A DNA stretch of 64,000 bases. Origin: a virus. Its lineage: Duplodnaviria; Heunggongvirae; Uroviricota; Caudoviricetes. The notes beneath the pieces were generated by a model. That model ran no database searches and was not told where the DNA came from. It was given only the letters and a program-made list of their open reading frames with translations. Each line of letters starts with the position of its first letter. Position 1 is the first letter of the stretch. Where the stretch lies: positions 138,914 through 202,913 of IMG/VR virus record IMGVR_UViG_3300033273_000374, one strand, 5' to 3'. The translations under genes were made by a program, and so were the position numbers. This document shows positions 34,476-44,434 of the stretch, one piece after another.

Positions 34476-35471
34476 ATGTTTAACCTCGAAGTTAAAAAGT
34501 TTTTTCCTAACAGTTATGTAGACAGCAATGCACTGGACTACCCATGGACACCAGCTGGCTGGCCAGTAAAACTGCCTAGCAAAAATGAATGTCGTTTTGA
34601 GCAACCTGACTTTTATGTGGTGCTAAACTTGCAAGACATGCTCACACAGGACACAGACGGTATTGTTGAATTGCGTACAATACACAATCATTTTGCAGGT
34701 TGGGCAGACCTAAGCAGAGTTATAGTGTGTGTCTGGCCGCAGCGGATCAAATACATCTGGCCAGAAGACAGTGTACAGATTGTTGAATTCAGCACACATC
34801 AATATGCTACTTGGCAACAGTACAAAGACAACGAAGATCTGCTGCGTGAAACATTTGACTTGAGTCAAAAAGATTGGCACTATAATTTTGTGTGCATGAA
34901 CAGACACGACAAACCTCATCGCCGCATAGCGTATAGCAAGTTGCGAGCATATGGCATGGCTGGTAACTGTAGTCTGCAAAGTAAAGGATTTCAATTGGCA
35001 TACCCTAACAAACCATTTAAAGATTATGAAGCAGAATATGATAACTTGGCTAACCTGTTGAGTTTGGATACTAACCTAAACAGCGCATTGTTCAACATCA
35101 TAACAGAATCACAATATGCTGAACAGTATGGAATTGTCAGCGAAAAAACTTTCAATGCAATAGTTGCTGGACAACCTTTTGCTGTAATAGGACATCAGTT
35201 AGCACTTGAAGACATCAAGTGCTTGGGTTTTGTAACCTATGACAATGTGTTTGATGAGGAGTATGATCATGCTGACAATACAAGCAGGATTGATTATTTA
35301 ATAAACAGACATCCTAAACTGATACAGTCTCGTATGCACATAGATGATATGTGGAAGGTATACGACTACTGTGAAGAAAGAATACGTTTCAATAGAGATT
35401 ATTTTTTCAATGAGTTTGGACCCAACATGTTAGACAGCTTTCAAAAACAACTGTTAGAGATTTGGCACTAG
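34476..35471 (+). CDS. Conserved phage protein, SEKT family paralogue
   Basis: CMNR..KPHR, IVSEKTF..I..GQPF..GFVTYDNVFDEEYD. Confidence 0.6.
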   Translation: MFNLEVKKFFPNSYVDSNALDYPWTPAGWPVKLPSKNECRFEQPDFYVVLNLQDMLTQDTDGIVELRTIHNHFAGWADLSRVIVCVWPQRIKYIWPEDSVQIVEFSTHQYATWQQYKDNEDLLRETFDLSQKDWHYNFVCMNRHDKPHRRIAYSKLRAYGMAGNCSLQSKGFQLAYPNKPFKDYEAEYDNLANLLSLDTNLNSALFNIITESQYAEQYGIVSEKTFNAIVAGQPFAVIGHQLALEDIKCLGFVTYDNVFDEEYDHADNTSRIDYLINRHPKLIQSRMHIDDMWKVYDYCEERIRFNRDYFFNEFGPNMLDSFQKQLLEIWH

Positions 35472-36215
35472 ACTGTGCTGTTTCCAAAAGTCTGTATTTG
35501 TAGGGGTTGGACGTCCATGAAACACAACTATACTGGTGTTAGGCGTTAGTATCCATGGTTGTGTTGGTTCATGATACATGTTGTCTTCAGCAGGCCACGA
35601 GCCATCATTTGCTAGTCCTGTTCCGCTTTTAATTAGCCCGCCTCTGAACACTTCCCATTTGAAACTCATTGCCCACTCGTTAGGCCACCAAGTATATTCT
35701 TTGCCTTTAATGGCATGCGTAACAAAGTCTTGATCGCCTCTGAACTTGCGTATGTTCTCAACTCTGTTGCTTGTAAATTGTTCCCAAATGTATCTGTGTT
35801 GTGCAGTGTTCCAGCGCATCACACTGCTATTGCACACAGTGTATTTTGGTATCCATTTGCGATTGAAGTCTTGACAAATGCAAAATTTGTTGGTGTATTC
35901 AAAAAACTTGTCCATGTTACCAACAATAACAGTATCCATGTCTAGGTACAGCACATCACCTTGTATAGGAAAGTCTGGACTGAATTGGTACATCTTATAC
36001 CACCAGTATCTACTGGGTGTGTCTACTTCTGGCCAATTGGGCAATGCCACAGTTTGTATTGGCCTGTCTACAAAATAAGGATTGTGTACATCATCTGTGA
36101 GTATGGTCAAACGAAATGGCTTGGACAAATGTTTATTCAATCCAAGCCATAGGTTTTCTACATAAATTTCAGGTGGGTATTTTGGACCTACTGCAACGCC
36201 TACAACGTTGATCAT
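35454..36215 (-). CDS. GT-A glycosyltransferase (GT8-like)
   Basis: G.KY...YV, WWYK, LYLDMD, NSSVM, GDQD, VVFHG.P. Confidence 0.8.
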   Translation of the reverse strand: MINVVGVAVGPKYPPEIYVENLWLGLNKHLSKPFRLTILTDDVHNPYFVDRPIQTVALPNWPEVDTPSRYWWYKMYQFSPDFPIQGDVLYLDMDTVIVGNMDKFFEYTNKFCICQDFNRKWIPKYTVCNSSVMRWNTAQHRYIWEQFTSNRVENIRKFRGDQDFVTHAIKGKEYTWWPNEWAMSFKWEVFRGGLIKSGTGLANDGSWPAEDNMYHEPTQPWILTPNTSIVVFHGRPTPTNTDFWKQHSLVPNL

Positions 36216-36592
36216 CCTCTTAGAACTTGTTTTTTACCTACACCACTGCCCACTGTGCGACGTTCAATGTCGTTGTGACTAAACTCTGCCCAGTACAGTT
36301 CAAATGCTACACCATCTTCTACACCTTCAAATTGATGCACAAGGCCAGGTTTGACTTGTGTGAAGTCTCCAGCTTCTAGAATGGTTTCGTCAACAAGTCC
36401 TTCTTGATCTGCTGTTTGCCACACTCGCACAATCATCTTTCCTGACTCTACAAAAAAACCATTCCATTTGTGTTTGTGATAGTGTTCGCTACACTTGTAG
36501 CCGGCTAGATACTCAATGCGATGAAACTCTAGCACACCGTTTGCGTGGATCAATTCTGTTTGTCCCCATATCTTGCCAGCACGAATGCCCAT
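36212..36592 (-). CDS. Cupin (sugar isomerase-like)
   Basis: GKIWG, CSEHYHKHK.NGFFVESG, PG.VHQF. Confidence 0.8.
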   Translation of the reverse strand: MGIRAGKIWGQTELIHANGVLEFHRIEYLAGYKCSEHYHKHKWNGFFVESGKMIVRVWQTADQEGLVDETILEAGDFTQVKPGLVHQFEGVEDGVAFELYWAEFSHNDIERRTVGSGVGKKQVLRG

Positions 36593-36657
36593 TAGTTTTT
36601 CTCCTTACAATTATCAAAATGCCATCTCTTCATCTGTGGCAATCCTCCTGCCTTCAT
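36592..36657 (-). pseudogene. 21-codon relic of a homing endonuclease C-terminus
   Basis: MKAGGLPQMKRWHFDNCKEKN; the MKRWHFDNCK motif usually ends phage free-standing endonucleases. Confidence 0.55.
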
Positions 36658-36833
36658 TACATGCTGTTCTTTTTTTCTTGAATTTCTGCACGACGTGTTT
36701 TGGCAAGTTTGCCCATTTCGCCTAGTGCTTTTCTAGCACGAGCAGCCGCAGCTTTTACACCTTTGGTTTCAAATGCTTCTGATTCTTTGATGTATGCTTC
36801 ATACTGTTCTACAATACTGTCATGTGTTGACAT
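36657..36833 (-). CDS. Histone H1-like (Hc1 family) protein, 58 aa
   Basis: Not in track; MSTHDSIVEQYEAY..E.EAFE.KGVKAAAARARKAL.EMGKLAKTRRAEIQEKKN; AAGGAG RBS. Confidence 0.8.
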   Translation of the reverse strand: MSTHDSIVEQYEAYIKESEAFETKGVKAAAARARKALGEMGKLAKTRRAEIQEKKNSM

Positions 36834-36873
36834 TTTAATTCTCCTTAATGTCTTTATTATACAGATTTATATA

Positions 36874-37659
36874 TTATCTGTCAAATCTTTCAATATCCAA
36901 TTCTGATAATTGTTCGCTTGGCCCTTTCCAAATCTCAATTATGTGCGCAGGTTCATCTGTGTCGTTGCATCCTTGATGCCATGTGCCTGCTGGAATGTCC
37001 ACAGGATTCTCAATACTTAGTGTTTGGTGTTGCGCACCATTATAAGGATCACTAGTGGTGTTGGTTAAAATATATGCATTGCCACTCACAAGATTCCAAG
37101 TTTCGCTTCTGTGCTTGTGTCTTTGCATGCTGAGTTTGCTATGTGGTGCAATTACAAGTTCTTTAACTTTAAATCCTTCGCCTTTGTATAGATCGCGATA
37201 GTGTCCCCAACTGCGTTGTGTAGTTGGTGCACGCCATTCTTTTAATATCCAACTGCTTGAATTCTTTTTGTCTTTGCCGCCTACACCAAAAACAAATTCA
37301 ACTCTGCTGTCATTTTGATATGCACTTTGTTCAGGTGTGTTATCACTACCTCTGTCACCACCATTTGCAAATATGATGTGTTTTGCACCTAAAGTTTGTG
37401 CTTTGAATATTGCACCTGATGCACTTCCGTCACTGTCATCAAAGTCTGCAACCACACGATTGACCATACGCAAATTTTTTACAATACTTGCTCTTTCATG
37501 GATGGGCATAAAACTGCGTCCTTTTTTACGAGCAAGCCATGCATCGCTATTGAGTGCTACCCAAAGTTCATCTCCCAATTGTGCGGCTGCTTCAAAGTAG
37601 GCAATATGGCCACTGTGCAATGGATCAAAGCCACCACTGACCAAAACTATTTTTTTCAT
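36874..37659 (-). CDS. Cytidylyltransferase fused to mannose-6-phosphate isomerase type II cupin
   Basis: SGGFDPLHSGH, NSD.WL.RKKG, FANGGDR, K.NSSS; RSWG.Y, LSMQRH.HRSE.W. Confidence 0.88.
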   Translation of the reverse strand: MKKIVLVSGGFDPLHSGHIAYFEAAAQLGDELWVALNSDAWLARKKGRSFMPIHERASIVKNLRMVNRVVADFDDSDGSASGAIFKAQTLGAKHIIFANGGDRGSDNTPEQSAYQNDSRVEFVFGVGGKDKKNSSSWILKEWRAPTTQRSWGHYRDLYKGEGFKVKELVIAPHSKLSMQRHKHRSETWNLVSGNAYILTNTTSDPYNGAQHQTLSIENPVDIPAGTWHQGCNDTDEPAHIIEIWKGPSEQLSELDIERFDR

Positions 37660-37711
37660 GAATTACCTCAGATAAATATATGCGCACATTATTTATACCA
37701 AGGATTTATCA

Positions 37712-38401
37712 ATGAACAATATTTACGTTGGCTGGGACAGCCGAGAAGATATTGCCTATCAAGTATGTGAACATTCAATTTACAGACGCACATACAAAGA
37801 GTTTTTAAATGTTATTCCTCTCAAACAAAGTGAACTACGTGAACAAAAACTCTACTGGCGTGAAATAGACAAACTTGCATCAACAGAATTTACATTCACA
37901 CGCTTTCTTGTTCCATATCTAAACAACTACAAAGGACTAGCAGTTTTTTGTGACAGTGACATGGTGTTCCTAACAGATGCCTATCACTTGTTTGAAAATG
38001 GATTCAAAGATAGTAGCAAAGCAGTTTGGGTAGTGAAACACGACTACAATCCGCCCGAAGGACTCAAAATGGATGGACAGATGCAATTGCAATATCCACG
38101 CAAAAACTGGAGCAGTTTTATGATTTTCAATTGCGAACATCCTAGTTGTAAAAACTTGGATTTAGAAACTGTTAATACAGAGACTGGTGCATACTTGCAC
38201 AGATTTGAATGGTGTGCAGACGAAGAAATTGGTGAACTAGGTTGCGAATGGAATTGGCTAGTAGGACACTATAAAGAACCCAAAGACGGTATTCCTAAGG
38301 TGCTGCATTACACAGAAGGCGGGCCATGGTTTGAAAACATGCGTGATTGTGAATACGATCATGTGTGGAAAAAAGAAGTCATTAACCTGTACAGCTCATG
38401 A
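37712..38401 (+). CDS. GT-A glycosyltransferase (GT8-like)
   Basis: GWDSRE, STEFTFTRFLVP, FCDSD, YPRKNWSS, HYTEGGPW. Confidence 0.85.
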   Translation: MNNIYVGWDSREDIAYQVCEHSIYRRTYKEFLNVIPLKQSELREQKLYWREIDKLASTEFTFTRFLVPYLNNYKGLAVFCDSDMVFLTDAYHLFENGFKDSSKAVWVVKHDYNPPEGLKMDGQMQLQYPRKNWSSFMIFNCEHPSCKNLDLETVNTETGAYLHRFEWCADEEIGELGCEWNWLVGHYKEPKDGIPKVLHYTEGGPWFENMRDCEYDHVWKKEVINLYSS

Positions 38402-39135
38402 GTAATTATTACTTTCATCACAAATACAATCTTGGGTACATCATTATAGCAAAAAATTCTAGCACCAGTATAACTCCGTATCTAGAACAGGCTGGATTTG
38501 AAATTATACTGCCTGAAGATATTCCTACTAATATAGAAGACTTACCATTTTTTTATATCTTACGCAATCCAATTGACCGGTTTTGTAGTGGCATAGTTGA
38601 AACATATTGCAACAGTGCTGATGCATATGGTACAAGCATGACTGAACAAGCACTGTTTGCGATGAGTAATAGTAGTCAACAAGAGTTTTGTTTTAATTTA
38701 TTGATGAGATTGGTTCCATACAATAGCCAAAATCGACTGGCTGAGAATAACAAACCTGTAAATGAAGGACTAGGGTATGAGTACGATGTCCACACTGAGT
38801 TGCAAACTAAAAGTTTAAGACATACACAAAATGATAAAATAGCAAGAGTAGTTCCTATTAGTATAAAGTTGACCAGTGAAATCCCGCAAATATTTTTTGA
38901 ACAAACAAAACATACCTCAAAGCAAAGTTTATTAACTACGCCTGTAAAACATTCTAATCAAAGTCTAGATGGCAAGAAACGTATGAACGATAATATGAAA
39001 GCAATACTAGTTGCCAACAGAGAAAACGAATGTATGAAAAACATATGGCATTATTTAAAACCAGATATTGATCATTGGAATGAATGTATTAAATTGCGGT
39101 ATATGCAGCAGCACCATATGAGTGAGGCAATATGA
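38398..39135 (+). CDS. Sulfotransferase family 2-like protein
   Basis: IAKNSSTSI, LRNPIDRF.SG, D.HTELQ. Confidence 0.65.
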   Translation: MSNYYFHHKYNLGYIIIAKNSSTSITPYLEQAGFEIILPEDIPTNIEDLPFFYILRNPIDRFCSGIVETYCNSADAYGTSMTEQALFAMSNSSQQEFCFNLLMRLVPYNSQNRLAENNKPVNEGLGYEYDVHTELQTKSLRHTQNDKIARVVPISIKLTSEIPQIFFEQTKHTSKQSLLTTPVKHSNQSLDGKKRMNDNMKAILVANRENECMKNIWHYLKPDIDHWNECIKLRYMQQHHMSEAI

Positions 39136-40169
39136 TACGCGAGTATATGAAAAATAGCATAGTTCGTATGCAAAATTGTCAGATACTTGATCTTGGCCGT
39201 GTGGGTCAAGAAGTTTTTGTCATAGGTGGCGAAAAGATTATACCAGGTAGTTTGAGCAAAAATGCAAAATCAATTATTGACAGTCTGCCTGCAGCAGACA
39301 AATTATTATGCGATTGCAAAGGCATACGACTGGGTCCTGTGTATTACTGGTACACTGTGCCATTGTTCAATTACTATCATCTAATATTAGACGGGCTAGG
39401 ACAACTAAGCCATTACTTTGACCTTAAAAGAGAAATACCTGATTTAAAGTTAGTGCTTAATCAAAGCCCTAAAAAACTTGCTACTCATCCTCCATTTGTC
39501 ACAGAGTTGCTGGACCTATTTGAAATAGACTACGAATTTACAGATGAAAAAATCATGTACGACACAGTGTTCTTCGGGGATACACTCAATCAGGATGATC
39601 GAGGCAAAAGAGTTACTCCAGCAGACAGACAATATGAACTACTACACGAATTAATTGATAGAGCAAAAAATACTGCAACTGCACCACAACATGAACGTGT
39701 ATATCTCAGCAGACGTGCCCACGCTAATCTCATGAACAATCGCAAAGACATAATAGGCGAGGACAATACAGTAAAACGTGGACTAGTAAATGAGGATGAA
39801 GTTGTAGAAATACTCACAGAGTTAGGCTATGCAGAGGTGTTTGGTGAAAACTATACACTTGCAGAAAAGATTGTGCTTTTCTCTGGAATGAAAAAATACA
39901 TCAGTGCAGCAGGTGCAGGTGTAACCAACATACTGTGGACCATGCCTAACAGTGTGAGTGTAGGAGGTATTCACACTCCGGGATTTCCTTTTCCTAGCAA
40001 TGATCACAGTCGTCACATATGTTGTAATAAAAAATATGTAAATGCCAATATCAACTGTTACAAAGGTAAAGTTGAGTTTGTTGATCCTGCAGCAGGTGCA
40101 AAAAACTACAACAATCCGTGGTATATTAACAACCTTGTAGCCTTTAGAAAATGGGCAGAAACAATATAA
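39132..40169 (+). CDS. Glycosyltransferase family 61-like
   Basis: NYYH.ILD, VYLSR, R.LVNEDEV, AGAG..N. Confidence 0.75.
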   Translation: MIREYMKNSIVRMQNCQILDLGRVGQEVFVIGGEKIIPGSLSKNAKSIIDSLPAADKLLCDCKGIRLGPVYYWYTVPLFNYYHLILDGLGQLSHYFDLKREIPDLKLVLNQSPKKLATHPPFVTELLDLFEIDYEFTDEKIMYDTVFFGDTLNQDDRGKRVTPADRQYELLHELIDRAKNTATAPQHERVYLSRRAHANLMNNRKDIIGEDNTVKRGLVNEDEVVEILTELGYAEVFGENYTLAEKIVLFSGMKKYISAAGAGVTNILWTMPNSVSVGGIHTPGFPFPSNDHSRHICCNKKYVNANINCYKGKVEFVDPAAGAKNYNNPWYINNLVAFRKWAETI

Positions 40170-40176
40170 ATACTAC

Positions 40177-40329
40177 ATGCGACTGAAAGAATTTGAACTA
40201 AAACACAGGTTCAGTAAAACCAAAAGCAGACGCGGCAAGAAGTTACGCATCAAAGATGATGTAACTAAGCACAACACAAATAGTAAGGCCGATGCTCAGT
40301 CTGGCCAGGCATCTTCTCAACCTTCCTGA
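40177..40329 (+). CDS. 50-aa basic late protein (tentative)
   Basis: MRLKEFELKHRFSKTKSRRGKK...; TATAAATA 4 nt before ATG; overlaps the convergent gene end. Confidence 0.4.
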   Translation: MRLKEFELKHRFSKTKSRRGKKLRIKDDVTKHNTNSKADAQSGQASSQPS

Positions 40330-40942
40330 ACAACTCACATGCACTTTCGTAAAATAAGGCTTCAGTGTAGCCGGTATCCATGGTCCATTTATGTCCTTTT
40401 TTGTCTCGTTCTGTGGGTACTTCAAACAATATGGTTTTGGCTTTGGATTGGAAATCTTTGAGTAATCGAGACATATTCATATACTTTTCTGTGCGATTGT
40501 ACAAATGATGTATCACATTAAACACAGTCATAAAGTCATAGCGACTATCTTCTTTGACCCAATTTTCTAAATTTGTGTGTTTGAATGTTGCTAATTCAAC
40601 ACCGTGTCTTGCTTTGATACTTTCGCATACACCCAGGTATTCTTGGTTATAGTCAACACCTACAGCAGGTATGCCAAGTTCTTGTGCAACTTTAAAAACA
40701 TAATAACCTAGATTGCTACCAAAGTCTGCATAACTTGCAGGCTCTACCTCATTGAACACACGTTCAAAATCAGCACTTTTTATTTTGGTGTCTACCCATG
40801 GACGCAACGGCCCTGGATTGTTTATAGGTGTAACAAGTTCGTCTGTGATGTCATAGTTTTGATAACCACGCACTTGTGTTACACCACTGTCATGTCCGCC
40901 AAAGTTAATGCTTTCTATGTCTGCACGTTCTAACACTTTCAT
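40265..40942 (-). CDS. SAM-dependent methyltransferase
   Basis: DFGSNLGYY motif I, GVD, YDF..VFNVIHHL. Confidence 0.8.
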   Translation of the reverse strand: MKVLERADIESINFGGHDSGVTQVRGYQNYDITDELVTPINNPGPLRPWVDTKIKSADFERVFNEVEPASYADFGSNLGYYVFKVAQELGIPAVGVDYNQEYLGVCESIKARHGVELATFKHTNLENWVKEDSRYDFMTVFNVIHHLYNRTEKYMNMSRLLKDFQSKAKTILFEVPTERDKKGHKWTMDTGYTEALFYESACELFRKVEKMPGQTEHRPYYLCCA

Positions 40943-42015
40943 GCTATATAGTCCCTAAGTTTTTTCCATGTCATGTAATCTGTCCAGTCACTCTTGCCAA
41001 AATCTTCGTAAATCTTTTTTGTAAGATCCCATTGTAGTATATGTGGCAACATGTATTCTTTGATGTCATTGAGCACACTAGGTCCTAATTGTATGTTACT
41101 GCTCCAAAGATCTGCATTTGTGTCATGTCGTTTGTTTGTTTTACAATACCAATATTCACAATGAAACAAAAACTGCAATTGCAAAAAGTCACTGTTGGCA
41201 TGTATGAGATTCTTCTTTGCATTTATAAGCTCAGATGATACTTCAGGTACATCCCAATTCATTTCTGCTGGCCATCGATATTGCTCCACATGCACTATTC
41301 CTGCACCACCGTAGTCTACCCATTTGAGTTGACCTCTTGTGTTTTGCATGTAGTTTTTACCATTGCTATACCCTAGATCCCAAAAACAACATCCTAAGTT
41401 TTTCAATAGCCAATAATTTAAATCAGCAATCTCTCTTAAATTCCTACGCCAGATGCTTATGTCATTGCTGGCATCTGTGTATAGTTCGTTGTTGTCATTG
41501 AGCAATCTATAGTGCATGTCGCCTTTGACTATCATTTGATCCAACAAGCCATGCGGTTTTTGTTTGCGTTGTGTTATCTTTTGTAGATTGTTAAAATACA
41601 AAACACTGTTAAAGTTATATACTTGTGCATACGGACTCAGAGCTTTTACAATATAATGATATGGAACTCCTTTGCGTCTTTCATTTTCAAGGTATTTGGT
41701 GCACACATAGGTGTTCCCATCTTTTCCTGCTCCAATACGTTGTTCTACTCGGTAGCCGTGCAGTGCAACAATTTGATCTCCATTTTCGCCTCTTTCTCGA
41801 GCAACTTTGTAAGGTTGCATGGTATCAATCATTTGTGCCACTAGTCTTGGTTTGTCAAGGTTGGCTTGAATCTGATTTATTAAAAGTTCGTTAGCATGTG
41901 CATTTTTTAAAACTTTGTTTATGCCCGGTACATTTTCTATACGGTCATAAGGTTTCACATCGTTGTCGTAGGCACTGTCACCAACTATCAATTTTTTTGT
42001 TTTAAATGCCACCAA
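40939..42015 (-). CDS. Protein-kinase-like (sugar/LPS kinase-like) protein
   Basis: IGAGKDG glycine loop, IVK, WDL....KNYM, VDYG. Confidence 0.6.
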   Translation of the reverse strand: MVAFKTKKLIVGDSAYDNDVKPYDRIENVPGINKVLKNAHANELLINQIQANLDKPRLVAQMIDTMQPYKVARERGENGDQIVALHGYRVEQRIGAGKDGNTYVCTKYLENERRKGVPYHYIVKALSPYAQVYNFNSVLYFNNLQKITQRKQKPHGLLDQMIVKGDMHYRLLNDNNELYTDASNDISIWRRNLREIADLNYWLLKNLGCCFWDLGYSNGKNYMQNTRGQLKWVDYGGAGIVHVEQYRWPAEMNWDVPEVSSELINAKKNLIHANSDFLQLQFLFHCEYWYCKTNKRHDTNADLWSSNIQLGPSVLNDIKEYMLPHILQWDLTKKIYEDFGKSDWTDYMTWKKLRDYIA

Positions 42016-42901
42016 GTTGTCTCCTTAGTATTGTGTTCCATGCTACGCCATTATGCCTCTCTTTTTCATTGAATTGACAATAACTCAACCAAAAGAATAA
42101 ATTTTTCCTGTTGGGTTCCACATCCAATATGTGTGATTTTTGTATTTGTTTAAAGTTGAATGATATAGGAGCACATGGATTGTGATTTGTAGTGACCACT
42201 GGTATGCCTTGTCGTGTGGCTTCTATGGTAACCATGCTGTTGTATGCAACAACAGCACATGCAGCATCTAGGTCTTCTTGCAGTGGGCAATCTTCTGGAT
42301 GCATGTCTCTGCCTATTAGATTACCCAATTTGTCTACAATTGGATCCAATGGCTTTTGTCGCACTTTGATAAGATGATGTTTGTCTTCAGGAAGCACACT
42401 GTGCAATGCTGACAGTGTTTTTTGTAACCAATCCTGTGCACCAAAATACCAACTGATTGCATTTGTTGGAGGCAGTACCAAGATACGATCTCCACGCTGT
42501 GCTGCAGTCTTCCATTCAAGCACAGGGTTGTTGCCTTTGAAATGACTTTTCCAACGCAGATTGTCAGCAGGCATAATTTTATTCATGGTATGACCATTAA
42601 CAGTCATACGCAACCAGCCTTTGCCATTGTAGCCACTGTTAAAATATGAATGGTCCATGTATAGTCGTTGTATACCTTGACTTGCAGCACTTTTCATTAT
42701 CAATCCTGTGCCACGTAGTATACCCAAACTACACACCATGTCTATTCCACTAGGTATTCCGTTCTGCCTAAAATCTCGCAGATTCCTACATTCTGCACTG
42801 TAACCTGTACCTGATTCGTTTATACTTTGGGCAAAGCGTCTTACTATGTCAGTGGTTAATTTTCTGTCTGTGTCGTAACATATAACACGTTTAACTGCCA
42901 T
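42002..42901 (-). CDS. KpsS/KpsC-like capsule-modification glycosyltransferase
   Basis: GILRG, YMDHSYF, ILVLPP, VRQKP, NS...IEA...GIPV. Confidence 0.65.
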   Translation of the reverse strand: MAVKRVICYDTDRKLTTDIVRRFAQSINESGTGYSAECRNLRDFRQNGIPSGIDMVCSLGILRGTGLIMKSAASQGIQRLYMDHSYFNSGYNGKGWLRMTVNGHTMNKIMPADNLRWKSHFKGNNPVLEWKTAAQRGDRILVLPPTNAISWYFGAQDWLQKTLSALHSVLPEDKHHLIKVRQKPLDPIVDKLGNLIGRDMHPEDCPLQEDLDAACAVVAYNSMVTIEATRQGIPVVTTNHNPCAPISFNFKQIQKSHILDVEPNRKNLFFWLSYCQFNEKERHNGVAWNTILRRQLGGI

Positions 42902-43652
42902 TGCGTTGCACCATTGCCTCTATTGTGTCATTGCCGCCTAGCACAGGTTCAAGTTCTGCACTGCTTTTTGTAGCAAACCAGTTGAGTACACCATGCTGTG
43001 GTCCAAATACGTCTACAGTGTTGTGTTTGTGATTTCTTGGATTGTATGTTGCAACTGGAAACCAATAAACATTATACTGGTGTTTTGTCAAAAAGTCAAA
43101 CACTGTTTGATAGTTTTTTTCGTCTTGCATTTCTATCAACATACTAGGTTGATAATAGGTGATAGTTCCGCTGGCTCCTTGTAAAACTTCTGGTTCCATG
43201 CCTTCAACATCTATTTTTAAAAAGTCTACGCTAGGAAAACCTTTGATATAGTCTAGTGGAACTACAACCACATCGTTGCCAGATGACATTCTAGTTTTAC
43301 CATAGTCAAACTGTGTACCTCCATGATAAGTATCACTGCCCAGTGCCATGCGATTAAGTGATACATTTTTACAACCAGTTTCTGCACAGTTTTTGACAAG
43401 CAAATCAAAATTGTGTTCATCAGGTTCAAATGCTATTACACTTTGTACATGTTTGCTGACAGGTATAGCATGTGTGCCTATGTTCGCACCAATATCAATC
43501 ACAAAACTGTTCTTGTCTGTGTATTCTATTATAAGATCAATTTCTGATTGGCAATATTCACCATAGTGTTTTAAACTGCGTCCTATTGTAGGATCGTCAC
43601 TGTGTATGTACATGTTGCCATTAATTGTGTTTACACGTTCTACTGCAAGCAT
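42891..43652 (-). CDS. FkbM-family methyltransferase
   Basis: DIGANIG.H, AFEP, KIDVEGME..VL.G. Confidence 0.9.
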   Translation of the reverse strand: MLAVERVNTINGNMYIHSDDPTIGRSLKHYGEYCQSEIDLIIEYTDKNSFVIDIGANIGTHAIPVSKHVQSVIAFEPDEHNFDLLVKNCAETGCKNVSLNRMALGSDTYHGGTQFDYGKTRMSSGNDVVVVPLDYIKGFPSVDFLKIDVEGMEPEVLQGASGTITYYQPSMLIEMQDEKNYQTVFDFLTKHQYNVYWFPVATYNPRNHKHNTVDVFGPQHGVLNWFATKSSAELEPVLGGNDTIEAMVQRNGS

Positions 43653-44434
43653 TCTCGAGCCAATCCTGATTCTATTTCTTCATGTGTAAATTGACTATAA
43701 GCCAAATTAGACAACCATTGATGTGTGTGGCCACGTACCAAGTTTTCAATATCTGCACATTGTGTAATACTTATGTCTGCTGCAAAACTCTGTGGATGAC
43801 ACATGGTAGGTATGCCCAAAAGTTGTGCTTCAACAGCGACTAGACTACACAGTGTAACAACACAGTGTGTGTTTTGTGCTTGATGTGCAAATGGCACATC
43901 AGCAACTGTTGGTCCGCTCGTTCCTCTGGCTCTTGGTTTATAACGTACTTCAATTGGTCTGTCTGTGTGTTGCTGTAATTGTTTTATAGTTTGTTTTACC
44001 CAAGTCTTGACATCCATATCTGTGTACCAGCGTGTCATTGTTTCACTGCTGGGGCAAACTAATATTTTATCACCTGTACCATATGGTTTGGGTGTTACCT
44101 TCCAACGTTCAAATCTATCACTGGGCCAGTCTTGTATACGTTTGTAATGCAAACTGTTACGACTAACACGCCACATAAAATCTTCACAAAGTCCATATCT
44201 GTTGTGATATGGCATGTCCCAAAAATACCAATCAACATTATTTTTTGTTAGATAACGTATGGTCTGTTCGTTGTATAACATTCCCCAAAAATGACTAGGC
44301 TCTAATGCAGGATTGTTTCTATCTCCTGGTGTACAATTGGGCCAGCCGCGTTTGATGCTGTCCATTACCCAGTTACTCTTGCTGCCTTGTTTAGGACTGT
44401 AGTAAATATTAATAGCTGGCACTTGTATGATCAC
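43640..44434 (-). CDS. KpsS-like capsule-modification protein
   Basis: DMPY, ILVCP.S, TDRPIEVRYKP, S..AVEA.L.GIP, LAYSQF. Confidence 0.65.
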   Translation of the reverse strand: MIIQVPAINIYYSPKQGSKSNWVMDSIKRGWPNCTPGDRNNPALEPSHFWGMLYNEQTIRYLTKNNVDWYFWDMPYHNRYGLCEDFMWRVSRNSLHYKRIQDWPSDRFERWKVTPKPYGTGDKILVCPSSETMTRWYTDMDVKTWVKQTIKQLQQHTDRPIEVRYKPRARGTSGPTVADVPFAHQAQNTHCVVTLCSLVAVEAQLLGIPTMCHPQSFAADISITQCADIENLVRGHTHQWLSNLAYSQFTHEEIESGLARECLQ

